A DNA stretch of 64,000 nucleotides, taken from contig CAVXUO010000004.1 of the NCBI GenBank assembly GCA_963764915.1, forward strand, positions 379,664 through 443,663, given 5' to 3'. A program made the translations under genes and the position numbers. Of the stretch, positions 1 through 8,392 are shown in pieces (within the stretch, counting starts at the first letter, position 1; every line of letters starts with the position of its first letter). The stretch comes from an uncultured Solirubrobacterales bacterium (GTDB lineage Bacteria; Actinomycetota; Thermoleophilia; Solirubrobacterales; Solirubrobacteraceae). A model generated the notes under the pieces. The model was given only the letters and a program-made list of their open reading frames with translations. It was not told the origin of the DNA and did not search any database.

Positions 1-2
1 AC

Positions 3-473
3 GGCGAGCGGACGCTCTCCGAGCGTGAACCCTCGGAGAGGACGACCATCTCAACGATGCCGCTTGCGCGTGAGGGGCGCCGCGTGGCGCTGGTCGGCTA
101 CGGCAGCGGCGTCGGCAAGGCGCTGGAGGCGGCGACGCTGCTCGAGGGGCATGGTCTCGGCGTGACGGTCGCGGACGCGCGCTTCGCCAAGCCGATCGAC
201 GCGGGCCTGATGGCGCAGCTGGCCGCCGAGCACGACTTGCTCGTGACGATCGAGGAGGGCGTGCTCGCGGGAGGCTTCGGCAGCGCCGTGTGGGAGACCC
301 TCAGCGAGATGGGGCTCACCCCGAGGATCCTGCGCGTGGGGCTGCCCGACCGCTACATAACGCATGGCAAGCCGGCGCTGCTGCACGAGGAGGTCGGCTT
401 CACGGGCGCCAAGATCGCCGAGCGCGTGGCGGCGGCGATTCTCGACCGCGACTCCGCGGCGGTGGAGGCGTAG
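3..473 (+). CDS. dxs: 1-deoxy-D-xylulose-5-phosphate synthase, C-terminal part (5' end outside window)
   Basis: Frame open from window start; transketolase C-terminal motifs 'VADARFAKPID', 'VTIEEGVLAGGFGSAV', 'GLPDRYITHG'; precedes tlyA as in many bacteria. Confidence 0.93.
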   Translation, partial: GERTLSEREPSERTTISTMPLAREGRRVALVGYGSGVGKALEAATLLEGHGLGVTVADARFAKPIDAGLMAQLAAEHDLLVTIEEGVLAGGFGSAVWETLSEMGLTPRILRVGLPDRYITHGKPALLHEEVGFTGAKIAERVAAAILDRDSAAVEA

Positions 474-607
474 GCCGGGAGGTTGGTCGAGCCCTGGCTG
501 GGAGGTTCGCCGGGCCTAGCCGGGAGAGTGGCCGGCTTCAGCCGGGAGGTTCGCGGGCTCCAGCTGGGGGGTTGGCCGGACTCCAGAGCCGTTGCGGTGC
601 GCGCTCG

Positions 608-621
608 CGAACATACGTGCG
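608..621. promoter_or_regulatory. LexA (SOS)-like box, one mismatch
   Basis: CGAAC-ATAC-GTGCG versus Gram-positive consensus CGAAC-N4-GTTCG. Confidence 0.5.
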
Positions 622-642
622 TTCTGTTGCTTGCACAAAGGC

Positions 643-656
643 CGAACATGTGTGCG
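643..656. promoter_or_regulatory. Second LexA-like box, one mismatch
   Basis: CGAAC-ATGT-GTGCG, 35 bp after the first box, with the same deviation. Confidence 0.5.
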
Positions 657-732
657 CACTCTCACACACGGGGCGGCTCGCAATCGGCATCATGCTTTTA
701 GACCCGAAGTACAGCAGCATCCCTCCTCCCTC

Positions 733-768
733 GAAACGGCCCGCTTCCCAGGCGGGCCGTTTCATTTA
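733..768 (+). terminator. Intrinsic terminator-like hairpin
   Basis: Perfect 12-bp stem GAAACGGCCCGC/GCGGGCCGTTTC (733-744/752-763) followed by ATTTA. Confidence 0.6.
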
Positions 769-796
769 ACGCTGCGGAGCGGATACCGTTCGGGCG

Positions 797-1720
797 ATGG
801 GCAAGCAGCGGCTGGACACCCTTCTGGCGGAGCGCGGGCTGTTTGAGTCGCGCAGCCGCGCCGCGGCCTCGGTGATGGCGGGCGAGGTGCGGGTGGGAGC
901 CGCGGGCAGGCGCGCGGAGAAGGCGGGGGAGATGGTGGCGGCCGATGTGGTCGTGAGCGTCGCGGAGCGCCCGCGGTATGTCTCGCGCGGCGGGATCAAG
1001 CTCGAGAACGCGCTGGCGCGCACCGAGATCACGGTGGGGGGGCGCACCGTGCTCGACGTGGGGGCCTCGACGGGGGGCTTCACGGATTGTCTGCTGCAGC
1101 ACGGCGCCACCGCGGTGGTCGCGGTGGACGTTGGTTATGGCGAGCTCCACCACCGCCTGCGCACCGATTCGCGGGTGCACGTGCTGGAGCGCACCAACGC
1201 GCGCGCGCTGGAGCCTGCGATGCTTCCCGTCGTGCCCAACCTCGCGGTGGTGGACGTCTCGTTCATCTCTCTCACCAAGGTGCTGCCCGCCGTGCTCGGC
1301 TGCCTCGCCGCGCCCTACGACGTGCTTGCGCTGATCAAGCCCCAGTTCGAGGCGCCGCGCGAGCGAGTCGGCAAAGGCGGTGTGGTGCGCGACCCCGCGG
1401 CGCGCCGTGCCGCGCTCGTGGCCGTAGGGCTCGCCGTCGCGGGCATCGAGCGGGTGGGTGGGGATCCAATCCCTTCGCTCATCGAGAGCCCGGCCGTCCT
1501 GCCCGTCAAGGGCTCAGTTGGTCCGCCCGCCGAGCGGTCAGTCGGTCAGCCCATCGAGCGCCCGGCCGGCCCGCCAGCCGTCCTGGGCTTCCGCTCCTCC
1601 GGCCTGCCCGGCCCCAAGGGCAACCGCGAGACCTTCGTCTGGCTGGCCGAGCCGGGTCGCGTGGGCGCGGCGCAGAGCTCGGAGGAGATCGAGGCCATGG
1701 CCCGCGGGGAGGAGGGGTGA
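797..1720 (+). CDS. tlyA: TlyA family RNA methyltransferase
   Basis: N-terminal S4 'RLDTLLAERGLFESRSRA', 'YVSRGGIKL', 'LDVGASTGGFTDCLLQ', 'DVSFISL', 'LIKPQFE', 'GPKGNRE'. Confidence 0.95.
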   Translation: MGKQRLDTLLAERGLFESRSRAAASVMAGEVRVGAAGRRAEKAGEMVAADVVVSVAERPRYVSRGGIKLENALARTEITVGGRTVLDVGASTGGFTDCLLQHGATAVVAVDVGYGELHHRLRTDSRVHVLERTNARALEPAMLPVVPNLAVVDVSFISLTKVLPAVLGCLAAPYDVLALIKPQFEAPRERVGKGGVVRDPAARRAALVAVGLAVAGIERVGGDPIPSLIESPAVLPVKGSVGPPAERSVGQPIERPAGPPAVLGFRSSGLPGPKGNRETFVWLAEPGRVGAAQSSEEIEAMARGEEG

Positions 1721-2661
1721 GCGTGGCTGACCAGTCACTGACCAGCCCGCACCCGGAGGGTGCTCATCAAAAAAATCCGGATCACGCGGGAGCGGCGGTG
1801 CTCGCCCCCCCCGCCACGCACGTCGCCGTGCTCACCCACCGGCGGGTCGAGGACACCCACGCGGCGCTGGGTGCGCTGATCGAGCGGGCGCACGCGAGCG
1901 GGGCGACGCTGCGCTTCGACGCGGAGGAGACCGTCAAGCACGGCCTGCGCGCGGGGCCCGGGGTCGAGGTGGACGCCGTGATCGGCGGGGGCGCCGAGCA
2001 GCTGTGCATAGTGCTCGGCGGCGACGGCACGATCCTGCGTGCGCTGCAGCTCTACGCGGGCAGCTCGGTGCCGGTGTTCGCGATCAACTTCGGCGAGATC
2101 GGCTTTCTCGCCACCGTCGAGCCCGAGGAGATCGAGGATGGCGTCGCCCGTGCGCTCTCCGGCCGCTTCGAGCTGCTGCGTCTCCCCGGGATCGTGCTCG
2201 AGACCCCCTGCGGCGAGGAGACGGCGATCAACGACGTCGCGATCCACCGCCGTGTGGGCGAGCGCGTGGCGGAGCTGGCGTACGCGCTCGGCGGCGAGGA
2301 GGTCGGCTCGGTGCGCTGCGATGGGTTGGTGCTCGCCACGCCCGCGGGCTCGACCGGCTACAACCTCGCCAACGCCGGCCCCGTGATGGCGTGGGGGGTG
2401 AAGGGGTTCGTGGTCTCCTTCATCGCGCCTCACTCGCTCACCGCCCGCGCGCTGGTCGTGGCGCCGACCGACCCGATCACGATCCACAACCGCTCGCGCG
2501 AGGCGTTGGACGTTTCGGTGGACGGGCGCCCCGTCTGCGAGCTGGGCCCCGAGGAGCACATCCGCGCGCGTTTCGTCGACGGCGTCGGCACGATCGCGCA
2601 GCTCCCCGGCTCCTCGTTCTATCGCCGCCTGCGCGAGAAGTTCGGCCGGCTCGCGCGCTGA
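1717..2661 (+). CDS. nadK: NAD(+)/NADH kinase
   Basis: 'GGDGT', 'INFGEIGFL', 'AIND', 'DGLVLATPAGSTGYNL' motifs; GTGA overlap with tlyA stop. Confidence 0.93.
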   Translation: MSVADQSLTSPHPEGAHQKNPDHAGAAVLAPPATHVAVLTHRRVEDTHAALGALIERAHASGATLRFDAEETVKHGLRAGPGVEVDAVIGGGAEQLCIVLGGDGTILRALQLYAGSSVPVFAINFGEIGFLATVEPEEIEDGVARALSGRFELLRLPGIVLETPCGEETAINDVAIHRRVGERVAELAYALGGEEVGSVRCDGLVLATPAGSTGYNLANAGPVMAWGVKGFVVSFIAPHSLTARALVVAPTDPITIHNRSREALDVSVDGRPVCELGPEEHIRARFVDGVGTIAQLPGSSFYRRLREKFGRLAR

Positions 2662-2738
2662 GGTCACGCCGCGGGCCACCTCGCCGGGCTCAGGCTATCC
2701 GCCCGAGCGGGCCTGAAGTCGCTCGCGCGCCGGGCAGT

Positions 2739-2840
2739 CTCAGGTGGCGCTGGGCAAGCTCAGGTGGCCTGGACAGGCTCAGGCGGAGCTCAGGTGGCGC
2801 TGGGCAGGCTCAGGCGCAGCCGGGCAGCTCAGGCGGCGCT
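2739..2840. repeat. Degenerate short tandem repeat built on CTCAGG
   Basis: Six CTCAGG-initiated units (e.g. CTCAGGTGGCGCTGGGCAAG/CTCAGGTGGCGCTGGGCAGG) between convergent genes. Confidence 0.65.
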
Positions 2841-3074
2841 GCGGACCGTCGCCGGCGCGCCCTCGCCGGTGCGTTGCAGCGAGCCCACGAAGCCGTCGAG
2901 CTGCTCGCGCGAGAAGCGCCGTTGCCCACCGGGCGTGCGATAGCAGTCGAGGTGCCCCGCGTCCGCCCACCGGCGGATCGTGGCGAGCGATACGCCCAGG
3001 TAGCGCGCCGCCTGCGAGCTGGTGAACACCAGCTGGCGGTCGCTGTGGGTGGAGTTGGGTGGGGCGAAGGGCAT
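2829..3074 (-). CDS. Small MerR/excisionase-type HTH DNA-binding protein (BldC-like), 81 aa
   Basis: 'FTSSQAARYLGVSLATIRRWADAGHLDCYRTPGGQRRFSREQL' is an HTH_17/BldC-type pattern; GAGAGG RBS upstream. Confidence 0.85.
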   Translation of the reverse strand: MPFAPPNSTHSDRQLVFTSSQAARYLGVSLATIRRWADAGHLDCYRTPGGQRRFSREQLDGFVGSLQRTGEGAPATVRSAA

Positions 3075-3139
3075 CGTCGTGTGTCCTCTCGATTCGAAGG
3101 CTCGGTGGCAGCGGGTGGGCCGGGCACTCCGGATGTCGC

Positions 3140-3230
3140 TCCGCGCTCCGGCGCGCCTCTCTGTCGGTGTCGGCACCTCGACCCCGGAAGTTGAGCGTCG
3201 CGCACCTTTGTGGACGTTTGCCCTATCGCC
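3140..3230 (-). ncRNA. Candidate c-di-GMP-I (GEMM)-like riboswitch, variant
   Basis: Minus strand AGGGCAAAC-(hairpin)-GACGC-N5-UUCCGG...CCGGAG mirrors the GEMM P2/P3 layout; tetraloop and the base after GACGC deviate. Confidence 0.4.
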
Positions 3231-3467
3231 CTTTCCGGGTCGGTCGCCCTTCCGGGCCGGCTCATACCACGGCTTCCGGGCCGATTCGTGCCGGCTCTCG
3301 CGCAACGGCCTGGCGATGGATTGGCTGAGGTCGGCGCTGAGGCGGCCTCGAAGCGACTGTCGAGGGGCCTTCGAAAGTCCCTGCATGTGCAAGAAATGCT
3401 GCACATTGCAGCGAATCGCCAACCAAAACTAGACAATTCGTCCAACACTGGTACTATCCTGCGCAAA

Positions 3468-3485
3468 CCTACTCATTTGGGTAGG
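3468..3485. promoter_or_regulatory. Palindromic putative operator CCTACTCATTTGGGTAGG
   Basis: Inverted repeat CCTAC...GTAGG; related copy at 22120-22137. Confidence 0.35.
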
Positions 3486-3606
3486 CGCGGTTGCTCTGGA
3501 GAGGTAGGGACCGGGGGCCGCAAAACCCCCTGTCATGCGGCCCTGGGCCCCGAGCAAGGAGGACGAGCATGGGTTTCAACAAATAATCTCTCGATTTATG
3601 CCAGGA

Positions 3607-3634
3607 AGTTAGTTAGTTAGTTAGTTAGTTAGTT
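3607..3634. repeat. (AGTT)7 microsatellite
   Basis: Seven perfect AGTT copies. Confidence 0.95.
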
Positions 3635-3697
3635 CGTTTGCTTGCGAGCGCCGCCCCCAGCGGCGCTCGTTTGCTGTTGAGGGCTCGATGTCGAGGA

Positions 3698-3810
3698 CCC
3701 CGCACAGGTTGAGACCTCGGGTCCCGACGTGGATGCCCCCACACAGGCTGAGACCTCGGGTCCCGACGTCGATGCCCCACACAGGTTGAGGGCCCTGATC
3801 CCGACGTCCG
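3698..3810. repeat. ~38-39 bp tandem repeat, 3 copies
   Basis: Unit core CACAGG(T/C)TGAGACCTCGGGTCCCGACGT starts at 3703, 3742 and 3780; third copy degenerate; no spacers. Confidence 0.85.
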
Positions 3811-3852
3811 GGTGCCACGTAAGTCGAAGGCATACGCGGCCGGGGTCCGTGA

Positions 3853-5238
3853 CTACCTCGCCGTGGGCTGCGCGATCGCGCGCGCGCGACGCTCGAAGGC
3901 CAGCTCGGCCTCGAAGTCTGCCTCCTCGCCCGAGGCAAGCTTTGCCGGGCCGTTGCGCTCCAGCATCGCCACGAAGCTGTTCACAAGCTCGCCGTCGAAC
4001 TGGCGCCCAGACATGCGCCGCAGCTCGGCGATCGCGTCCTGCGGCGTCTTCGCGGAGCGGTAGGAGTCGCGCGAGGTCATCGTGTCGTAGGCACTGCAGA
4101 TCGCGAGGATCCGCGAGGGCAGCGGGATCTCATTGCCGATCAGCCCCGCCGGGTAGCCGCTGCCGTCGATGTGCTCGTGGTGGTAGAGGATCGCGTCTGC
4201 GACCGGCCCGTATCCATCGAGGCGCCCCACCAGCGTGGCGCCGTCCTGTGGGTGGCGGCGGATCAGCGCCCAATCTTCGTCGGAGAGGATCTCCGCGTTG
4301 AGGATCCGGTCGGGCAACGCGAACTTGCCGATGTCGTGCAGCAGCCCCGCCGTGTGCACGAGGTCCTGTTCGGACTCGCTGCAGCCGGCCTCCTGCGCGA
4401 GCGCGCGCGCGTAGCGGGCGACCGCGGCGGCATGGCGCGCGGTCACGCGGTCGCGCAGCGCGAGCGTCTCGACCAACGTTGTCAGCACTCCAAGTTGCAA
4501 CGAGGCGAGGTGCATCGAGCGCGCCTCGAGCTGATCGGCGCGATCCTCCGAGCGCAACAGCGCCATCGCCAGGTACTGGAAGATCAAGATCACCAGCACC
4601 GAGCTGAGCAGAACCGGGAAGCCCAGGTTGGTGTACGCCACGGCGAGCGCGGCAGCGAACGCAGCGGCCGCAATCTGCCCAGGAAGAATCGGCACCAGCA
4701 CATCGCGCACCTGATTGGAGAGACGACGACCTTCGAGAATGCTGTTGTCCAGGGCGATCAGGAGGAAGTTCATGCCGTCGGTCACGACGAATACGGCAAC
4801 AACCACGAGGGCGAAGGTCAGGCCCTGGGTGAAGTGGTGCACATCGTGGTGGACGTTGCCGGCGAGCGCCCGAGTCAGCAGGCCGCCCACTACCGGGAAG
4901 GCCGCGAACGTCGCGAGGTTGTTGAGCCATGCCGCAGGTGGAAGCCTCCGACTTGCTGAGGTCAGAACCATCGCGGCAATGCCAAAGAGCGCCGCGGGAG
5001 CTGGCCCCAGCAGGGTCATCGCGAGTACCAACGCGATGAAGGCCGCGGTGATCTCCTGTCCACGGAGATTGATGCTCAACCGTTGCCCGCCCAGAGCGAG
5101 GGCCATCAGCAGCACCACGAGCTGGAGCGGTTGCCAGTCTTCGGCGCGAGAGGTCAACACCGCGGTCGTGATCGCGCCCGCCAGCAGAATCGCCTCAGCC
5201 AGCCAGAAAAGTCGTGTCGTTATCTTGGATGCCGGCAT
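3853..5238 (-). CDS. Membrane-bound HD-GYP domain protein (c-di-GMP phosphodiesterase)
   Basis: Several hydrophobic N-terminal helices; 'LLHDIGK' and 'HHEHIDGSGYP' intact. Confidence 0.9.
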   Translation of the reverse strand: MPASKITTRLFWLAEAILLAGAITTAVLTSRAEDWQPLQLVVLLMALALGGQRLSINLRGQEITAAFIALVLAMTLLGPAPAALFGIAAMVLTSASRRLPPAAWLNNLATFAAFPVVGGLLTRALAGNVHHDVHHFTQGLTFALVVVAVFVVTDGMNFLLIALDNSILEGRRLSNQVRDVLVPILPGQIAAAAFAAALAVAYTNLGFPVLLSSVLVILIFQYLAMALLRSEDRADQLEARSMHLASLQLGVLTTLVETLALRDRVTARHAAAVARYARALAQEAGCSESEQDLVHTAGLLHDIGKFALPDRILNAEILSDEDWALIRRHPQDGATLVGRLDGYGPVADAILYHHEHIDGSGYPAGLIGNEIPLPSRILAICSAYDTMTSRDSYRSAKTPQDAIAELRRMSGRQFDGELVNSFVAMLERNGPAKLASGEEADFEAELAFERRARAIAQPTAR

Positions 5239-5294
5239 TGTCGGTCCTTGTCGTCCTTAACGGCCGATACGAGGTGGCACTTAACGACGGTCCG

Positions 5295-6647
5295 TCATAT
5301 CCCGCGAGATCCCGAGTATGTGGTCCGAACGGGCCCTCCCGGCGGCGGATCGCCCACGTCGGTGGGAGCCGGGGAGGCGACCTGCGCCGAGGGCAGGTCG
5401 AAGGCCGCGGCCGGGGAGCGCGCATCGCCCGGCGCGGCTCGCCGACTCGGGTCGCCCGCGCGGAGCATGCCGCTGGCCCACAGCCGGGCGAACCCGACGG
5501 TTGTGGCAGCGAGGATCGCGCCGAAGATCGCGAACGCGGCCCGCGGCGAGCTGAGTGCCATCACCAGCCCGCTCAGCGGCAACCCGATCAGAGGACAGAG
5601 AGCGCCGATCGATTCCACGCCGCCCATCAGCCGCCCGTGCAGCCGCTCGGGCGAGAGCAACTGCACGGTGCCCAGCAGCGAGGCCCATTGCACGCCGTTG
5701 CCGACACCGCCGAGCAGCGCCGCGAGTGCCGCCAATGCGAGCGTGGGCGCCGCGGCGAACCCTATGTAGGCGAGCCCCACCGCGAGTGTGCCGAGCGTCA
5801 GCATCGCCCCCAGCGCACGCCGCGGGCCGCGCGCGAAGAGGATGCTGCCGCCGAGCTGCCCTACGCCCCAAATCGCCAGCAGCGCGCCGTAGCCGACGTC
5901 GCCGGCGTGCAGGGTGCCCTTCGCGTAGAACACCTCCACCGGCGCGGCGGTCTCGAAGAAGACGAGCGCCGCGGCCTGGGTGAGCATCACCGCGCGCAGC
6001 GCCGGTGCCCCCTGCACATACCCCCAGGCCGATGCCAGCCGAGCCCGCACCGAGGTCCCGGTGCGCTCCTCGACATACACGTAGAGATCCACCACCAGCG
6101 CCGCGCAGGCGAGGAACGAGCCGGCGTCGATCAGCAGCGTGACGGGCCCCCCGAAGGCCCGTACGGCGAGCGCGCCGAGCGCCGGCCCGATCACGACCGA
6201 AGCCGACATCGCGATGTTCAGCGCCGCGTTGGCGTCGTAGATGCCCTGCTCCGCGCCCTGCTGCGCGCCGACGCGGGCCGCCTGAGCACGCAGCAGCGAG
6301 CTCGCGGTCAGTTCCAGCGCCCCGTCGAGTGCCACCAGCACGAGAATCGCGCCCAGCAGGAAGTGCCACACCAGTGCCGCCAGCAGCGCGGCGCAGGCAG
6401 CCTCGAACGCATACAACCCGCTGAGCGTGCGCCTGCGCTTGGAGGCCTCCACGCGGGCGACCAGCGCCGGCACCGCCAGCGCCGGCAGGTAGCGCGCCAC
6501 GAACAGCGCCGTGACGGCCGCCGCGCTGTGGGTGTGGTCGTAGATCGCCAGCGACAGCGCGACGATGCCAAACCAGGTGCCCAGCTTGTTGACCGTGTAG
6601 GCGGCCAGGATCCGTCGCAGCCGGGGCGAGGTGGGCAGTATCGACAC
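5295..6647 (-). CDS. MFS transporter
   Basis: ~12 hydrophobic segments; 'AYTVNKLGTWFGIVALSLAIY' start and 'LHGRLMG' loop typical of MFS_3-like exporters. Confidence 0.88.
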   Translation of the reverse strand: MSILPTSPRLRRILAAYTVNKLGTWFGIVALSLAIYDHTHSAAAVTALFVARYLPALAVPALVARVEASKRRRTLSGLYAFEAACAALLAALVWHFLLGAILVLVALDGALELTASSLLRAQAARVGAQQGAEQGIYDANAALNIAMSASVVIGPALGALAVRAFGGPVTLLIDAGSFLACAALVVDLYVYVEERTGTSVRARLASAWGYVQGAPALRAVMLTQAAALVFFETAAPVEVFYAKGTLHAGDVGYGALLAIWGVGQLGGSILFARGPRRALGAMLTLGTLAVGLAYIGFAAAPTLALAALAALLGGVGNGVQWASLLGTVQLLSPERLHGRLMGGVESIGALCPLIGLPLSGLVMALSSPRAAFAIFGAILAATTVGFARLWASGMLRAGDPSRRAAPGDARSPAAAFDLPSAQVASPAPTDVGDPPPGGPVRTTYSGSRGI

Positions 6648-6897
6648 GCCGCCACGCTAGCGACTGGGTCGGAGGAGAGCGATTCGTCTGGACGAGATGA
6701 TGGATTTCGTGCAGGCGTGCCCGTGGAGCGGTCGCCGCGGAGACGGCGTCAGCCGGGAGCGGCCGAAGATCGGCGCACGCGAGGTCGGTGAGGTCGGCGC
6801 GCGCGCGGCTGGCGAGGTCGGAGAGCGCGGGGCTTGAGAGGTCAGCGCGCGCGGGGTCGGAGAGGTCGGTGAGCACCGGCACGGCGCGGCGGCGAGA

Positions 6898-7218
6898 TCA
6901 CCAGGCGAGCGGAGGCGCCTCGCGGGGAGCGTGCTGCTCCGCGAGGCTCAGCGCCACGACGGGGAGGCTGGGGTGGCGGCTGCCCAGCATGTGCATCAGC
7001 GATTCGGCGGATACGTCGTCGAGGTCCCCCGCCAGCATCACGACGCTGCTTGCGGGTGCTCGCTCCAGCACCTCCGAGACGACGCCCGCCTCGCCGAGCT
7101 GGGCGCCTTCCGGCAGCGACTCGCTGAGGTCGTGCAACACCGCCGCGCGCTGCGCAGGGTCGGCGCCCGCGACCAGGATGCGCGAGTGCTTTTTGGCGCT
7201 GAGAGTTGCGGGACTCAT
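6898..7218 (-). CDS. Stand-alone receiver-like domain protein (degenerate)
   Basis: 'RILVAGAD...VVMLAGDL...HPSLPVVALS' follows REC secondary-structure order without canonical acidic residues. Confidence 0.6.
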   Translation of the reverse strand: MSPATLSAKKHSRILVAGADPAQRAAVLHDLSESLPEGAQLGEAGVVSEVLERAPASSVVMLAGDLDDVSAESLMHMLGSRHPSLPVVALSLAEQHAPREAPPLAW

Positions 7219-7231
7219 GTCAGCACGTGGC

Positions 7232-7393
7232 TCATGTCGTCATGTAGCTGGTGTCGATCAGTTCGGCCTCACCGACGATCCCCAGTTCGGCGTCGACGTT
7301 GCGGCTGGCCGACAGGCGCGCGAGCGCCGACAGGGCCAGGAACGCCACCGCGGCGATCGCCAGCCATACGAGTGCGACGCCGACCACGGTCAT
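7232..7393 (-). CDS. Small single-pass membrane protein, 53 aa (absent from ORF track)
   Basis: MTVVGVALVWLAIAAVAFLALSALARLSASRNVDAELGIVGEAELIDTSYMTT; GGTGAG upstream; high GC3 codons; 13 nt upstream of the REC-like gene. Confidence 0.65.
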   Translation of the reverse strand: MTVVGVALVWLAIAAVAFLALSALARLSASRNVDAELGIVGEAELIDTSYMTT

Positions 7394-7573
7394 TGCCGCT
7401 CACCCAGTTTCGCTTGTGTATGTGCATTGCGCATCGTGTCACCTCTCGGTGTGCGTGCGGCGCCCTTGCCAATCGCTCGCGGTGTGCAAGCCGTCCCGAC
7501 GGTGGGTGCCGTTGAATAGGTCACTGCACACGACATGATGCGGCCTGCGCGGGCATTTGTCTGCCGTCCGGAT

Positions 7574-7617
7574 GGTGCCGATCGTGTCGTCCCAAAGGTG
7601 CCGATCGGTGTCGTCCC
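7574..7617. promoter_or_regulatory. Direct repeat in divergent promoter region
   Basis: GGTGCCGATCGTGTCGTCCC (7574-7593) and GGTGCCGATCGGTGTCGTCCC (7597-7617). Confidence 0.5.
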
Positions 7618-7735
7618 GGGGGTGCAGCCGCGGAGCAATGGGCGGCTCACAGCACCTTCGGGTGGGGAGCTGGGGCGGGTCACAGCGCCCGTGGACGGGG
7701 AGCTTTGCCGCCTAAGCGGCCGCTACGGTGTGCGG

Positions 7736-8392
7736 ATGCAAGCTGGCACGCCCGGCGTGGATCGCCCGATCGAGGTGATAATCGCCGACGACCACGCCGT
7801 CGTGCGCGACGGGATCCGCACCGTGCTGGAGCGCGAGGCGCAGGAGTTCGTCGTGGTCGCGGAGGCCGCGGACGTGCCGGCGACGATCCGCGAAGTACGC
7901 GCCCACAAGCCGGACCTGCTGACGCTCGATCTGACGATGCCCGGCGGTTCGAGCCTCGCCGCGCTGCCACAGTGCTTCGTCGCGCACCCGCCGCTGGCCG
8001 TCGCGATCTTGACGATGCGCGAGGACCCCGAGTATGCCCGTCAGGCGCTGCGCGCGGGGGCGCGCAGCTACGTGCTCAAGGAGGCCGAGCCCGCCGAGCT
8101 GCTGCAAGCCTTCCGCCTCGCCGTGGCCGGCGGCAACTACCTGCATCCGCGGCTCGGGGCGCTGATGGCGACCGGCGGGGAGAACACGCAGGAGGGGGCG
8201 GCGTTGTCCGAGCGCGAGCGCGAGGTGGTGCGGTTGATCGCGCTGGGTCACACCAACCCGCAGATCGCCGAGCAGCTGCACGTGGCCGAGCGCACGGTCA
8301 AGACCTACCGTGCCCGCGCGATCGAGAAGCTCGGCTTCTCCTCGCGCGCGGAGCTCACCGCATACGCGCGGCGGCTGGGCCTCGTCGATTAG
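7736..8392 (+). CDS. NarL/LuxR family response regulator
   Basis: 'IIADDHAVVRDG', 'PDLLTLDLTMP', 'YVLKEA', HTH 'LSEREREVVRLIALGHTNPQIAEQL'. Confidence 0.92.
   Translation: MQAGTPGVDRPIEVIIADDHAVVRDGIRTVLEREAQEFVVVAEAADVPATIREVRAHKPDLLTLDLTMPGGSSLAALPQCFVAHPPLAVAILTMREDPEYARQALRAGARSYVLKEAEPAELLQAFRLAVAGGNYLHPRLGALMATGGENTQEGAALSEREREVVRLIALGHTNPQIAEQLHVAERTVKTYRARAIEKLGFSSRAELTAYARRLGLVD

Noticed and set aside
3698-3810. CRISPR mini-array
   Set aside because: Contiguous tandem units, no spacers
6780-6882. 'ADL/SDL' repeat protein start (ORF 5281-6882)
   Set aside because: Out-of-frame shadow of the MFS gene; the GAGGTCGG repeats are degenerate and intergenic
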